Assembly (NCBI GenBank): GCA_039794845.1
Contig: JAUQVK010000083.1
Span: 1 to 38,366, forward strand
Length of the DNA stretch: 38,366 bases
Direction of reading: 5' to 3'
Source: Thermostichus sp. DRC_bins_24
Lineage (GTDB): Bacteria; Cyanobacteriota; Cyanobacteriia; Thermostichales; Thermostichaceae
Shown here: one piece after another, positions 36,613 through 38,366 of the stretch
How positions within the stretch are numbered: position 1 is the stretch's first letter
Layout of the letters: each line of letters starts with the position of its first letter
Made by a program: the position numbers and the translations under genes
Notes under the pieces: model-generated
The model's database searches: none
Told to the model about the DNA's origin: nothing
Seen by the model: the letters and a program-made list of their open reading frames with translations, nothing else

Positions 36613-38235
36613 TCAGTGCAAAAAGTGGCGAATGCCCGTGCAAATCATGACAATATCCGCCGCATTGGCAGCCGCAATTGAGTCGGGATCCCGAATGCTT
36701 CCCCCCGGTTGAATAATGGCGCGGATCCCCGACTGGGCGGCCACCTCGACACTATCTGAGAAGGGAAAGAACCCATCGCTGGCCAAAACCGCCCCAGCAG
36801 CTTCGGAACCGGCCTGTTTGAGGGCGATCTCTACCGCCCCCACCCGGTTCATCTGCCCCGCCCCAATGCCCACCGTTTGTCCCTGCTTGGCGATGACAAT
36901 GGCGTTGGATTTGACGTGTTTGCAGACTTTCCAGGCGAATTCTAGCTCGGCCCATTCTTCAGGGGTGGGTTGACGCTCTGTCACCACTCGCCAAGACTTT
37001 CGGCGGTCGGACTCCTGAGGTGGGTCGGCATCTTGCACCAGAAAGCCCCCCGCCAAGGTGCGAATCGTCTGGGCTGGCCCCACCTGCCAATCGGGCAAGA
37101 TCAATACCCGCAAGTTCTTTTTGGCAGAGAGCAGCTCAGCCGCTTCCAAGGTGCAATCAGGAGCCACCACGCATTCCAAAAAAGGCTCCGTCAACAGGTG
37201 GGCGGTTTCTCGATCCAGGGTTTGATTCAGGGCGACAATGCCCCCAAAGGCGGAAACCGAATCGGCAGCGAAAGCCGCGCTAAAGGCCGCCGCCGGCGAA
37301 GGACGCAGGGCCACTCCACAGGGATTGTTGTGCTTAACCACCGCAGCCACCGCTTGGGATCCAGAGCTTGGGTCACCTGGATCTGACCCAAATTCGGCGA
37401 CAATGGCGCGGGCCGCCTCCAAATCCAGCAGGTTGTTGTAACTCAGCTCCTTGCCCTGCAGTTGTTTGGCCTTATGCCAGCCGGGGGCATCCGGATCCAC
37501 AACGTACCAAGTGGCCGCTTGATGGGGGTTTTCGCCGTAACGCAGGGTTTGCTGAGGGATCCCTTGCAGCTGAAAAACGCCCGCAGAAGCGGTGGCTGAA
37601 GCCGGTTGTGGCTGGAGTTGTTGGGTCAATTCTGGGCGGGCCAGATAGTTAACAATGGCGCGATCGTAGGCCAGTACCCGTTCAAAGGCGCGGCGGGCAC
37701 ACTCGAAGCGAAAGGCCAACCGTTCTGGTTCGCCACAGGTGCTAGACAACAGCTGTAAATACTCAGGGTATTGAACGGGATCCGTCAGCACCGTGACGTG
37801 GGGATAATTTTTCGCTGCCGCACGCACCAAGGTCGGGCCGCCGATATCGATCTGTTCGGTCGCCTCCGAGAGCTGCACTCCCGCCCGCGCCACCGTCTGC
37901 TCAAATGGGTAAAAATTCACCACCACCAACGTAATGGGCGGGATCCCGAGGGAATCTAGGTCCTCTTGGTCATCGCTGCGCTCCAAGCGGGCCAAAATGC
38001 CACCGTGAATGCGGGGATGCAGGGTTTTGACTCGTCCACCCAAGATCTCGGGTGCGCCGGTATGGGTAGAAACACTGGTGACCGGGATCCCTGCCTCCGA
38101 AAGGGCCTTGGCGGTGCCACCACTGCTTAATATCCGAAAGCCGTGATCCTGAACCAGGGCTTGGGCCAGCGGGATCAGTCCGGTTTTATCGGAGACACTC
38201 AATAAAGCCAACGGCGCGGAATCCTGAAGCGGCAT
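36613..38235 (-). CDS. purH: Bifunctional AICAR transformylase / IMP cyclohydrolase
   Basis: ALLSVSDKTG, GGRVKTLHP, IDIGGP, LRYGENPHQ, KHNNPCG, ASDGFFPF and TGIRHFLH. Confidence 0.97.
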   Translation of the reverse strand: MPLQDSAPLALLSVSDKTGLIPLAQALVQDHGFRILSSGGTAKALSEAGIPVTSVSTHTGAPEILGGRVKTLHPRIHGGILARLERSDDQEDLDSLGIPPITLVVVNFYPFEQTVARAGVQLSEATEQIDIGGPTLVRAAAKNYPHVTVLTDPVQYPEYLQLLSSTCGEPERLAFRFECARRAFERVLAYDRAIVNYLARPELTQQLQPQPASATASAGVFQLQGIPQQTLRYGENPHQAATWYVVDPDAPGWHKAKQLQGKELSYNNLLDLEAARAIVAEFGSDPGDPSSGSQAVAAVVKHNNPCGVALRPSPAAAFSAAFAADSVSAFGGIVALNQTLDRETAHLLTEPFLECVVAPDCTLEAAELLSAKKNLRVLILPDWQVGPAQTIRTLAGGFLVQDADPPQESDRRKSWRVVTERQPTPEEWAELEFAWKVCKHVKSNAIVIAKQGQTVGIGAGQMNRVGAVEIALKQAGSEAAGAVLASDGFFPFSDSVEVAAQSGIRAIIQPGGSIRDPDSIAAANAADIVMICTGIRHFLH

Positions 38236-38366
38236 CGGACGGTGTTATCCATAGAGAGAAGTTATCCGGGATACCCAATTCGAGGGTTACCCAGCGCCCC
38301 CACAGCATACCTTGGGATCCGGCCCCACTCGCTAGGGATCATCCTGCCGCACTTGCTCCTGGCGCT

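Noticed and set aside
38332..38366. Possible 3' end of a minus-strand gene (RQEQVRQDDP-stop)
   Set aside because: Too short to support.

Overview
GC-rich cyanobacterial chromosomal segment. The cyanobacterial call rests on psbO, a cytochrome c6, cpcT, a cugP-type nucleotidyltransferase and an EF-hand transaldolase. The very frequent GGGATCCC palindrome, with little or no canonical GCGATCGC, suggests the hot-spring Thermostichus (Synechococcus OS-A/OS-B'-like) lineage. Most genes are housekeeping or metabolic: dnaG, hisG, aroB, asd, menG, tal, purH, an RND pump and MscS. Notable elements are: (1) a sulfur-uptake module (exported rhodanese, small secreted protein, YeeE); (2) an apparent copper-limitation operon, petJ - small Gly-repeat His/Met-ladder protein - YcnI - CopC/CopD, preceded by tandem GAC-N5/6-GTC palindromes; (3) inside that operon, a decayed antitoxin/VapC pair followed by an attC-like hairpin and bracketed by MITE ends, read as an integron-cassette relic; (4) a ~500-aa membrane protein whose helices look collinear with membrane pyrophosphatases but which lacks all catalytic loops, coupled to a hot-dog thioesterase and divergent from a TIR-TPR gene; (5) a family of TA-flanked MITEs, three of them stacked end to end at 29.0-29.4 kb. 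All homology calls come from motif recognition by eye, not database searches.
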